Of a stretch of 64,000 nucleotides of DNA, positions 1 through 11,845 are shown piece after piece; position 1 is the stretch's first letter, and each line of letters starts with the position of its first letter. Made by a program: the position numbers and the translations under genes. The DNA is taken from positions 6,944,001 to 7,008,000 of the forward strand of contig OZ024744.1 of assembly GCA_964016885.1 (NCBI GenBank), written 5' to 3'. Source of the DNA: Eledone cirrhosa (lineage: Eukaryota). The notes beneath the pieces are model-generated. The model was not told the origin of the DNA. It did not search any database and worked only from the letters and a program-made list of their open reading frames with translations.

Positions 1-3000
1 TATGTCTACTGCAGTATTGCACTGAGGTAGGTGTGGTGCTGTAACGGGTATGTCTACTGCAGTATTGCACTGAGGTAATTGTGGTGCAGTACCGGTTATG
101 TCTACTGTAGTATTGCACTGATGTAGGTGTGGTGCAGTAACGGTTATGTCTACTGCAGTATTGCACTGTGGTAGGTTTGGTGCAGTAACGGTTATGTCTA
201 CTGCAGTATTGTACTGATGTAGGTGTGGTGCAGTAACGATTATGTCTACTTCAGTATTGCACTGAGGTAGGCGTGGTGCAGTACCGGTTATGTCTACTGC
301 AGTATTGCACTGATGTAGGTGTGGTGCAGTAACGGTTATTTCTACTGCAGTATTGCACTAAGTTATGTGTGGTGCAGTATCGGTTATGTCTACAGCAGTA
401 TTGCATTGAGGTAGGTGAGGTGCAGTAATGGTTATGTCTACAGCAGTATTGCACTGAGGTAGGTGTGGTGCAGTAACGGTTATGTATACTCCAGTATTGC
501 ACTGATGTAGGTGTGGTGCAGTAACGGGTATGTCTACTGCAGTATTGCACTGATGTAGGTGTGGTGCAGTAACAGTTATTTCTACTGCAGTATTGCACTG
601 ATGTATGTGTGGTGCAGTAACGGTTATGGCTACTGCAGTATTGCACTGATGTACGTGTGGTGCAGTAACGGTTATGTCTACTGCAGTATTGCACTGATGT
701 AGGTGTGGTGCAGTAACGGTTATGTCTCCTGCACTATTGCACTGAGGTAGGTGTGGTGCAGTAACGGTTATGTCTAATGCAGTATTGCACTGAGGTAGGT
801 GTGGTGCAGTAACGGATATGTCTACTGCAGTATTGCACTGAGGTAGGTGTGGTGCAGTAACGGTTATGCCTACTACAATATTGCACTGATGTAGGTGTGG
901 TGCAGTAACGGGTATGTCTCTGCAGTATTACACTGATGTAAGTGTGGTGCAGTAACGGTTATGTCTACTGCAGTATTGAACTGATGAAGGTGTGGTCTAG
1001 TAAGTGTTATGTCTACTGCAGTATTGCACTGATGTAGGTGTGGTGCAGTAACGGTCATGTCTACAGCAGTATTGCACTGATGTAGGTGTGGTGCAGTAAC
1101 GGTTATTTCTACTGCAGTATTGCACTGAGGTAAGTGTGGTGCAGTAACGGTTATGTCTACTGCAGTATTGCACTGAGCTAGGTGTGGTGCAGTAACGGTT
1201 ATGTCTACTGCAGTATTGCACTGATGAAGGTGTGGTGCAGTAAAGGTTATTTCTACTGCTGTATTGCACTGAGATAGGTGTGGTGCAGTAACAATTATGT
1301 CTACTGCAGTATTGCACTGAGTTAGGTGTGGTGCAGTAACGGTTATGTCTACTGCAGTATTGCACTGATGTAGGCGTGGTGCAGTAACGATTATGTCTAC
1401 TGCAGTATTGCACTGAGGCAGGTGTGGTGCAGTAACGGTTATGTCTACTGCAGTATTGCACTGAGGTAGGTGTGGTGCAGCAACGGTTATGTCTACTGCA
1501 GTATTGCACTGAGGTAGGTGTGGTGCAGTACCGGTTATGTCTACTGCAGTATTGCACTGATGTAGGTGTGGTGCAGTAACGGTTATTTCTACTGCAGTAT
1601 TGCACTGATGTAGGTGTGGTGCAGTAACGGTTATGTCTACTTGAAGTATTGCACTGATGTAGGTGTGGTGCAGTAACAGTTATGTCTACTGCAGTATTGC
1701 ACTGATGTAGGTGTGGTGGAATAACGGTTATGTCTACTGCAGTATTCCACTGAGTTAGGTGTGGTGCAGTAGCGGTATGTGTACTGCAGTATTGCACTGA
1801 TGTAGGTGTGGTGCATTAACGCTTATGTCTACTGCAGTATTGAATTGATTTAGGCGTGGTGCAGTAACGGTTATGTCTACTGCAGTATTGCACTGATATA
1901 GGCGTGGTGCAGTAACGGTTATGTCTACTGCAGTATTGCACTGATGTAGGCGTGGTGCAGTAACGGTTATGTCTACTGCAGTATTGCACTGATTAGGTGT
2001 GGTGCAGTAACGGTTATTGCTACTGCAGTATTGCACTGATGTAGGTGTGGTGCATTAACGCTTATGTCTACTGCAGTATTGCACTGAGGTAGGTGTGGTG
2101 CAGTAACCGTTATGTCTACTGCAGTATTGCACTGAGGTAGGTGTGGTGCAGTAACGGTTATGTCTATCGCAGTATTGCACTATTGTAGGTGTGGTGCAGT
2201 AACGGTTATGTCTTCTGAAGTATTGCACTGATGTAGGTGTGGTGCTGTAACGGTTATGTCTACTGCAGTATTGCACTGAGGTAGGTGTGGTGCTGTAACG
2301 GGTATGTCTACTGCAGTATTGCACTGAGGTAATTGTGGTGCAGTACCGGTTATGTCTACTGTAGTATTGCACTGATGTAGGTGTGGTGCAGTAACGGTTA
2401 TTTCTACTGCAGTATTGCACTAAGTTATGTGTGGTGCAGTATCGGTTATCTCTACAGCACTATTGCATTGAGGTAGGTGAGGTGCAGTAATGGTTATGTC
2501 TTCTGAAGTATTGCACTGATGTAGGTGTGGTGCAGTAACGGTTATGTCTACTGCAGTATTGTACTGATGTAGGTGTGGTGCAGTAACGATTATGTCTACT
2601 GCAGTATTGCACTGAGGTAGGCGTGGTGCAGTACCGGTTATGTCTACTGCAGTATTGCACTGATGTAGGTGTGGTGCAGTAACGGTTATTTCTACTGCAG
2701 TATTGCACTAAGTTATGTGTGGTGCAGTATCGGTTATCTCTACAGCACTATTGCATTGAGGTAGGTGAGGTGCAGTAATGGTTATGTCTACAGCAGTATT
2801 GCACTGAGGTAGGTGTGGTGCAGTAACGGTTATGTATACTCCAGTATTGCACTGATGTAGGTGTGGTGCAGTAACGGTTATGTCTACTGCAGTATTGCAC
2901 TGATGTAGGTGTGGTGCAGTAACAGTTATTTCTACTGCAGTATTGCACTGATGTATGTGTGGTGCAGTAACGGTTATGTCTACTGCAGTATTGCACTGAT

Positions 3001-3990
3001 GTACGTGTGGTGCAGTAACGGTTATGTCTACTGCAGTATTGCACTAAGGAAGGTGTGGTGCAGTAACGGTTATGTCTACTGCAGTATTGCACTGAGGTAG
3101 GTGTCGTGCAGTAACGGTTATGTCTACTGCAGTATTGCACTGAGATAGGTGTGGTGCAGTAACGGTTATGTCTACTGCAGTATTGCACTGATGTAGATGT
3201 GGTGCAGTAACGGTTATGTCTCCTGCACTATTGCACTGAGGTAGGTGTGGTGCAGTAACGGTTATGTCTAATGCAGTATTGCACTGAGGTAGGTGTGGTG
3301 CAGTAACGGATATGTCTACTGCAGTATTGCACTGACGTACGTGTGGTGCAGTAACGGTTATGTCTACTGCAATATTGCACTGATATAGGTGTAGTGCAGT
3401 AACGGTTATTTCTACTGCAGTATTGCACTGAGGTAGGTGTGGTGCAGTAACGGTTATGCCTACTACAATATTGCACTGATGTAGGTGTGGTGCAGTAACG
3501 GGTATGTCTCTGCAGTATTACACTGATGTAAGTGTGGTGCAGTAACGGTTATGTCTACTGCAGTATTGAACTGATGAAGGTGTGGTCTAGTAAGGGTTAT
3601 GTCTACTGCAGTATTGCACTGATGTAGGTGTGGTGCAGTAACGGTCATGTCTACAGCAGTATTGCACTGATGTAGGTGTGGTGCAGTAACGGTTATTTCT
3701 ACTGCAGTATTGCACTGAGGTAAGTGTGGTGCAGTAACGGTTATGTCTACTGCAGTATTGCACTGAGCTAGGTGTGGTGCAGTAACGGTTATGTCTACTG
3801 CAGTATTGCACTGATGAAGGTGTGGTGCAGTAAAGGTTATTTCTACTGCTGTATTGCACTGAGATAGGTGTGGTGCAGTAACATTTATGTCTACTGCAGT
3901 ATTGCACTGAGGTAGGTGTGGTGCAGTAACGGTTATGTCTACTGCAGTATTGCACTGATGTAGGCGTGGTGCAGTAACGATTATGTCTAC
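1..3990. repeat. Partial third, slightly more diverged copy of the large unit
   Basis: ORFs at 251, 873, 997, 1755, 2055, 2460, 3228, 3463 and 3587 match those at 36623, 37245, 37369, 38079, 38379, 38784, 39504, 39739 and 39863 (offsets 36372, 36324, 36276, stepping by 48). Colinearity breaks near 3990. Confidence 0.88.
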
Positions 3991-4774
3991 TGTAGTATTG
4001 CACTGATGTAGGTGTGGTGCACTAACGGTTATGACTACTGCAGTATTGCACTGAGGTAGGTTTGGTGCAGTAACGGTTATGTCTACTGCAGTATTGCACT
4101 GATGTAGGTGTGGTGCAGTAACGGTTATTTCTACTGCAGTATTGCACTAAGTTATGTGTGGTGCAGTATCGGTTATGTCTACAGCAGTATTGCATTGAGG
4201 TAGGTGAGGTGCAGTAATGGTTATGTCTACAGCAGTATTGCACTGATGTAGGTGTGGTGCAGTAACGGGTATGTCTACTGCAGTATTGCACTGATGTAGG
4301 TGTGGTGCAGTAACGGTAATGTCTACTGCAGTATTGCACTGAGGTAGGTGTGGTGCAGTACCGGTTATGTCTACTGCAGTATTGCACTGATGTAGGTGTG
4401 GTGCAGTAACGGTTATGTCTACTTGAAGTATTGCACTGATGTTGGTGTGGTGCAGTAACAGTTATGTCTACTGCAGTATTGCACTGATGTAGGTGTGGTG
4501 GAATAACGGTTGTCTACTGCAGTATTGCACTGATTTAGGTGTGGTGCAGTAGCGGTATGTCTACTGCAGTATTGCACTGATGTATGTGTGGTGCATTAAC
4601 GCTTATGTCTACTGCAGTATTGCATTGATGTAGGCGTGGTGCAGTAACGGTTATGTCTACTGCAGTATTGCACTGATATAGGCGTGGTGCAGTAACGGTT
4701 ATGTCTACTGCAGTATTGCACTGATGTAGGCGTGGTGCAGTAACGGTTATGTCTACTGCAGTATTGCACTGATT

Positions 4775-7700
4775 AGGTGTGGTGCAGTAACGGTTATTGC
4801 TACTGCAGTATTGCACTGATGTAGGTGTGGTGCATTAACGCTTATGTCTACTGCAGTATTGCACTGAGGTAGGTGTGGTGCAGTAACCGTTATGTCTACT
4901 GCAGTATTGCACTGAGGTAGGTGTGGTGCAGTAACGGTTATGTCTACCGCAGTATTGCACTATTGTAGGTGTGGTGCAGTAACGTTTATGTCTACTGCAA
5001 TATTGCACTGATATAGGTGTGGTGCAGTAACGGTTATGTCTACTGCAGTATTGCACTGAGATAGGTGTGGTGCAGTAACCGTTATGTTTACTGCAGTATT
5101 GCACTGATGTAGGTGTGGTGCAGTAACAGTTATGTCTTCTGAAGTATTGCACTGATGTAGGTGTGGTGCTGTAACGGTTATGTCTACTGCAGTATTGCAC
5201 TGAGGTAGGTGTGTTGCTGTAACGGGTATGTCTACTGCAGTATTGCACTGAGGTAATTGTGGTGCAGTACCGGTTATGTCTACTGTAGTATTGCACTGAT
5301 GTAGGTGTGGTGCAGTAACGGTTATGACTACTGCAGTATTGCACTGAGGTAGGTTTGGTGCAGTAACGGTTATGTCTACTGCAGTATTGTACTGATGTAG
5401 GTGTGGTGCAGTAACGATTATGTCTACTGCAGTATTGCACTGAGGTAGGCGTGGTGCAGTACCGGTTATGTCTACTGCAGTATTGCACTGATGTAGGTGT
5501 GGTGCAGTAACGGTTATTTCTACTGCAGTATTGCACTAAGTTATGTGTGGTGCAGTATCGGTTATGTCTACAGCAGTATTGCATTGAGGTAGGTGAGGTG
5601 CAGTAATGGTTATGTCTACAGCAGTATTGCACTGATGTAGGTGTGGTGCAGTAACGGGTATGTCTACTGCAGTATTGCACTGATGTAGGTGTGGTGCAGT
5701 AACGGTAATGTCTACTGCAGTATTGCACTGAGGTAGGTGTGGTGCAGTACCGGTTATGTCTACTGCAGTATTGCACTGATGTATGTGTGGTGCAGTAACG
5801 GTTATTTCTACAGTAGTATTGCACTGATGTAGGTGTGGTGCAGTAACGGTTATGTCTACTTGAAGTATTGCACTGATGTAGGTGTGGTGCAGTAACAGTT
5901 ATGTCTACTGCAGTATTGCACTGATGTAGGTGTGGTGGAATAACGGTTGTCTACTGAAGTATTGCACTGATTTAGGTGTGGTGCAGTAGCGGTATGTCTA
6001 CTGCAGTATTGCACTGATGTAGGTGTGGTGCATTAACGCTTATGTCTACTGCAGTATTGCATTGATGTAGGCGTGGTGCAGTAACGGTTATGTCTACTGC
6101 AGTATTGCACTGATTAGGTGTGGTGCAGTAACGGTTATTGCTACTGCAGTATTGCACTGATGTAGGTGTGGTGCATTAACGCTTATGTCTACTGCAGTAT
6201 TGCACTGAGGTAGGTGTGGTGCAGTAACCGTTATGTCTACTGCAGTATTGCACTGAGGTAGGTGTGGTGCAGTAACGGTTATGTCTACCGCAGTATTGCA
6301 CTATTGTAGGTGTGGTGCAGTAACGTTTATGTCTACTGCAATATTGCACTGATATAGGTGTGGTGCAGTAACGGTTATGTCTACTGCAGTATTGCACTGA
6401 GATAGGTGTGGTGCAGTAACCGTTATGTTTACTGCAGTATTGCACTGATGTAGGTGTGGTGCAGTAACAGTTATGTCTACTGCAGTATTGCACTGAGGTA
6501 GGTGTGGTGCAGTAACGGTTATGTCTACTGCAGTATTGAACTGAGGTAGGTGTGGTGCAGTAACGGTTATTTCTACTGCAGTATTGCACTATTGTAGGTG
6601 TAGTGCAGTAACGGTTATGTCTACTGCAGTATTGCACTGATGTAGGTGTGGTGCAGTAACGGTTATGTCTACTGCAATATTGCACTGATGTAGGTGTGGT
6701 GCAGTAACGGTTATGTCTACTGCAGTATTGCACTGATGTAGGTGTGGTGCAGTAACGGTTATGTCTTCTGAAGTATTGCACTGATGTAGGTGTGGTGCTG
6801 TAACGGTTATGTCTACTGCAGTATTGCACTGAGGTAGGTGTGGTGCTGTAACGGGTATGTCTACTGCAGTATTGCACTGAGGTAATTGTGGTGCAGTACC
6901 GGTTATGTCTACTGTAGTATTGCACTGATGTAGGTGTGGTGCAGTAACGGTTATGTCTACTGCAGTATTGCACTGAGATAGGTTTGGTGCAGTAACGGTT
7001 ATGTCTACTGCAGTATTGTACTGATGTAGGTGTGGTGCAGTAACGATTATGTCTACTGCAGTATTGCACTGAGGTAGGCGTGGTGCAGTACCGGTTATGT
7101 CTACTGCAGTATTGCACTGATGTAGGTGTGGTGCAGTAACGGTTATTGCTACTGCAGTATTGCACTGATGTAGGTGTGGTGCATTAACGCTTATGTCTAC
7201 TGCAGTATTGCACTGAGGTAGGTGTGGTGCAGTAACCGTTATGTCTACTGCAGTATTGCACTGAGGTAGGTGTGGTGCAGTAACGGTTATGTCTACCGCA
7301 GTATTGCACTATTGTAGGTGTGGTGCAGTAACGTTTATGTCTACTGCAATATTGCACTGATATAGGTGTGGTGCAGTAACGGTTATGTCTACTGCAGTAT
7401 TGCACTGAGATAGGTGTGGTGCAGTAACCGTTATGTTTACTGCAGTATTGCACTGATGTAGGTGTGGTGCAGTAACAGTTATGTCTTCTGAAGTATTGCA
7501 CTGATGTAGGTGTGGTGCTGTAACGGTTATGTCTACTGCAGTATTGCACTGAGGTAGGTGTGTTGCTGTAACGGGTATGTCTACTGCAGTATTGCACTGA
7601 GGTAATTGTGGTGCAGTACCGGTTATGTCTACTGTAGTATTGCACTGATGTAGGTGTGGTGCAGTAACGGTTATGACTACTGCAGTATTGCACTGAGGTA

Positions 7701-10700
7701 GGTTTGGTGCAGTAACGGTTATGTCTACTGCAGTATTGTACTGATGTAGGTGTGGTGCAGTAACGATTATGTCTACTGCAGTATTGCACTGAGGTAGGCG
7801 TGGTGCAGTACCGGTTATGTCTACTGCAGTATTGCACTGATGTAGGTGTGGTGCAGTAACGGTTATTTCTACTGCAGTATTGCACTAAGTTATGTGTGGT
7901 GCAGTATCGGTTATGTCTACAGCAGTATTGCATTGAGGTAGGTGAGGTGCAGTAATGGTTATGTCTACAGCAGTATTGCACTGATGTAGGTGTGGTGCAG
8001 TAACGGGTATGTCTACTGCAGTATTGCACTGATGTAGGTGTGGTGCAGTAACGGTAATGTCTACTGCAGTATTGCACTGAGGTAGGTGTGGTGCAGTACC
8101 GGTTATGTCTACTGCAGTATTGCACTGATGTATGTGTGGTGCAGTAACGGTTATTTCTACAGTAGTATTGCACTGATGTAGGTGTGGTGCAGTAACGGTT
8201 ATGTCTACTTGAAGTATTGCACTGATGTAGGTGTGGTGCAGTAACAGTTATGTCTACTGCAGTATTGCACTGATGTAGGTGTGGTGGAATAACGGTTGTC
8301 TACTGAAGTATTGCACTGATTTAGGTGTGGTGCAGTAGCGGTATGTCTACTGCAGTATTGCACTGATGTAGGTGTGGTGCATTAACGCTTATGTCTACTG
8401 CAGTATTGCATTGATGTAGGCGTGGTGCAGTAACGGTTATGTCTACTGCAGTATTGCACTGATTAGGTGTGGTGCAGTAACGGTTATTGCTACTGCAGTA
8501 TTGCACTGATGTAGGTGTGGTGCATTAACGCTTATGTCTACTGCAGTATTGCACTGAGGTAGGTGTGGTGCAGTAACCGTTATGTCTACTGCAGTATTGC
8601 ACTGAGGTAGGTGTGGTGCAGTAACGGTTATGTCTACCGCAGTATTGCACTATTGTAGGTGTGGTGCAGTAACGTTTATGTCTACTGCAATATTGCACTG
8701 ATATAGGTGTGGTGCAGTAACGGTTATGTCTACTGCAGTATTGCACTGAGATAGGTGTGGTGCAGTAACCGTTATGTTTACTGCAGTATTGCACTGATGT
8801 AGGTGTGGTGCAGTAACAGTTATGTCTACTGCAGTATTGCACTGAGGTAGGTGTGGTGCAGTAACGGTTATGTCTACTGCAGTATTGAACTGAGGTAGGT
8901 GTGGTGCAGTAACGGTTATTTCTACTGCAGTATTGCACTATTGTAGGTGTAGTGCAGTAACGGTTATGTCTACTGCAGTATTGCACTGATGTAGGTGTGG
9001 TGCAGTAACGGTTATGTCTACTGCAATATTGCACTGATGTAGGTGTGGTGCAGTAACGGTTATGTCTACTGCAGTATTGCACTGATGTAGGTGTGGTGCA
9101 GTAACGGTTATGTCTTCTGAAGTATTGCACTGATGTAGGTGTGGTGCTGTAACGGTTATGTCTACTGCAGTATTGCACTGAGGTAGGTGTGGTGCTGTAA
9201 CGGGTATGTCTACTGCAGTATTGCACTGAGGTAATTGTGGTGCAGTACCGGTTATGTCTACTGTAGTATTGCACTGATGTAGGTGTGGTGCAGTAACGGT
9301 TATGTCTACTGCAGTATTGCACTGAGATAGGTTTGGTGCAGTAACGGTTATGTCTACTGCAGTATTGTACTGATGTAGGTGTGGTGCAGTAACGATTATG
9401 TCTACTGCAGTATTGCACTGAGGTAGGCGTGGTGCAGTACCGGTTATGTCTACTGCAGTATTGCACTGATGTAGGTGTGGTGCAGTAACGGTTATTGCTA
9501 CTGCAGTATTGCACTGATGTAGGTGTGGTGCATTAACGCTTATGTCTACTGCAGTATTGCACTGAGGTAGGTGTGGTGCAGTAACCGTTATGTCTACTGC
9601 AGTATTGCACTGAGGTAGGTGTGGTGCAGTAACGGTTATGTCTACCGCAGTATTGCACTATTGTAGGTGTGGTGCAGTAACGTTTATGTCTACTGCAATA
9701 TTGCACTGATATAGGTGTGGTGCAGTAACGGTTATGTCTACTGCAGTATTGCACTGAGATAGGTGTGGTGCAGTAACCGTTATGTTTACTGCAGTATTGC
9801 ACTGATGTAGGTGTGGTGCAGTAACAGTTATGTCTTCTGAAGTATTGCACTGATGTAGGTGTGGTGCTGTAACGGTTATGTCTACTGCAGTATTGCACTG
9901 AGGTAGGTGTGTTGCTGTAACGGGTATGTCTACTGCAGTATTGCACTGAGGTAATTGTGGTGCAGTACCGGTTATGTCTACTGTAGTATTGCACTGATGT
10001 AGGTGTGGTGCAGTAACGGTTATGACTACTGCAGTATTGCACTGAGGTAGGTTTGGTGCAGTAACGGTTATGTCTACTGCAGTATTGTACTGATGTAGGT
10101 GTGGTGCAGTAACGATTATGTCTACTGCAGTATTGCACTGAGGTAGGCGTGGTGCAGTACCGGTTATGTCTACTGCAGTATTGCACTGATGTAGGTGTGG
10201 TGCAGTAACGGTTATTTCTACTGCAGTATTGCACTAAGTTATGTGTGGTGCAGTATCGGTTATGTCTACAGCAGTATTGCATTGAGGTAGGTGAGGTGCA
10301 GTAATGGTTATGTCTACAGCAGTATTGCACTGATGTAGGTGTGGTGCAGTAACGGGTATGTCTACTGCAGTATTGCACTGATGTAGGTGTGGTGCAGTAA
10401 CGGTAATGTCTACTGCAGTATTGCACTGAGGTAGGTGTGGTGCAGTACCGGTTATGTCTACTGCAGTATTGCACTGATGTATGTGTGGTGCAGTAACGGT
10501 TATTTCTACAGTAGTATTGCACTGATGTAGGTGTGGTGCAGTAACGGTTATGTCTACTTGAAGTATTGCACTGATGTAGGTGTGGTGCAGTAACAGTTAT
10601 GTCTACTGCAGTATTGCACTGATGTAGGTGTGGTGGAATAACGGTTGTCTACTGAAGTATTGCACTGATTTAGGTGTGGTGCAGTAGCGGTATGTCTACT

Positions 10701-11845
10701 GCAGTATTGCACTGATGTAGGTGTGGTGCATTAACGCTTATGTCTACTGCAGTATTGCATTGATGTAGGCGTGGTGCAGTAACGGTTATGTCTACTGCAG
10801 TATTGCACTGATTAGGTGTGGTGCAGTAACGGTTATTGCTACTGCAGTATTGCACTGATGTAGGTGTGGTGCATTAACGCTTATGTCTACTGCAGTATTG
10901 CACTGAGGTAGGTGTGGTGCAGTAACCGTTATGTCTACTGCAGTATTGCACTGAGGTAGGTGTGGTGCAGTAACGGTTATGTCTACCGCAGTATTGCACT
11001 ATTGTAGGTGTGGTGCAGTAACGTTTATGTCTACTGCAATATTGCACTGATATAGGTGTGGTGCAGTAACGGTTATGTCTACTGCAGTATTGCACTGAGA
11101 TAGGTGTGGTGCAGTAACCGTTATGTTTACTGCAGTATTGCACTGATGTAGGTGTGGTGCAGTAGCAGTTATGTCTACTGCAGTATTGCACTGAGGTAGG
11201 TGTGGTGCAGTAACGGTTATGTCTACTGCAGTATTGAACTGAGGTAGGTGTGGTGCAGTAACGGTTATTTCTACTGCAGTATTGCACTATTGTAGGTGTA
11301 GTGCAGTAACGGTTATGTCTACTGCAGTATTGCACTGATGTAGGTGTGGTGCAGTAACGGTTATGTCTACTGCAATATTGCACTGATGTAGGTGTGGTGC
11401 AGTAACGGTTATGTCTACTGCAGTATTGCACTGATGTAGGTGTGGTGCAGTAACGGTTATGTCTTCTGAAGTATTGCACTGATGTAGGTGTGGTGCTGTA
11501 ACGGTTATGTCTACTGCAGTATTGCACTGAGGTAGGTGTGGTGCTGTAACGGGTATGTCTACTGCAGTATTGCACTGAGGTAATTGTGGTGCAGTACCGG
11601 TTATGTCTACTGTAGTATTGCACTGATGTAGGTGTGGTGCAGTAACGGTTATGTCTACTGCAGTATTGCACTGAGATAGGTTTGGTGCAGTAACGGTTAT
11701 GTCTACTGCAGTATTGTACTGATGTAGGTGTGGTGCAGTAACGATTATGTCTACTGCAGTATTGCACTGAGGTAGGCGTGGTGCAGTACCGGTTATGTCT
11801 ACTGCAGTATTGCACTGATGTAGGTGTGGTGCAGTAACGGTTATT
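4775..11845. repeat. Higher-order repeat: 3 tandem copies of a 2,349-bp unit (49 monomers, net -3 bp)
   Basis: Matching ORFs recur at 4835/7184/9533, 5972/8321/10670 and 6176/8525/10874, a constant offset of 2349 = 49x48-3. The internal indels (+1 ctacttgaag, -2 cggttgtc, -1 tagcggtatg, -1 gattagg) sum to -3. Confidence 0.95.

Noticed and set aside
25-48. G-quadruplex, metal-response element (TGCRCNC) or CENP-B box
   Set aside because: The consensus has only isolated GG doublets, TGCACTG and TGCACCA do not fit TGCRCNC, and there is no TTCG-N4-A-N2-CGGG pattern.
1-192. Nucleosome phasing (3x48=144 bp, 4x48=192 bp)
   Set aside because: I see no 3- or 4-monomer periodicity in the variants and no 10-bp A-tract phasing, so this is a numerical coincidence without MNase data.
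975-1010. Hammerhead ribozyme satellite (CTGATGA in tgatgaagg variants; precedent in newt and Schistosoma satellites)
   Set aside because: The consensus is CTGATGT or CTGAGGT rather than CUGANGA, and the required GAAA box and three-stem junction are absent on that strand.
2909-3100. Plus-strand MWCSNSYF... short ORFs (also 12064, 17671, 19877, 22275, 35017, 39233, 41439, 43837, 59791)
   Set aside because: They arise only where a few consecutive variant monomers lose the TAG. They are incidental, useful only as HOR markers.
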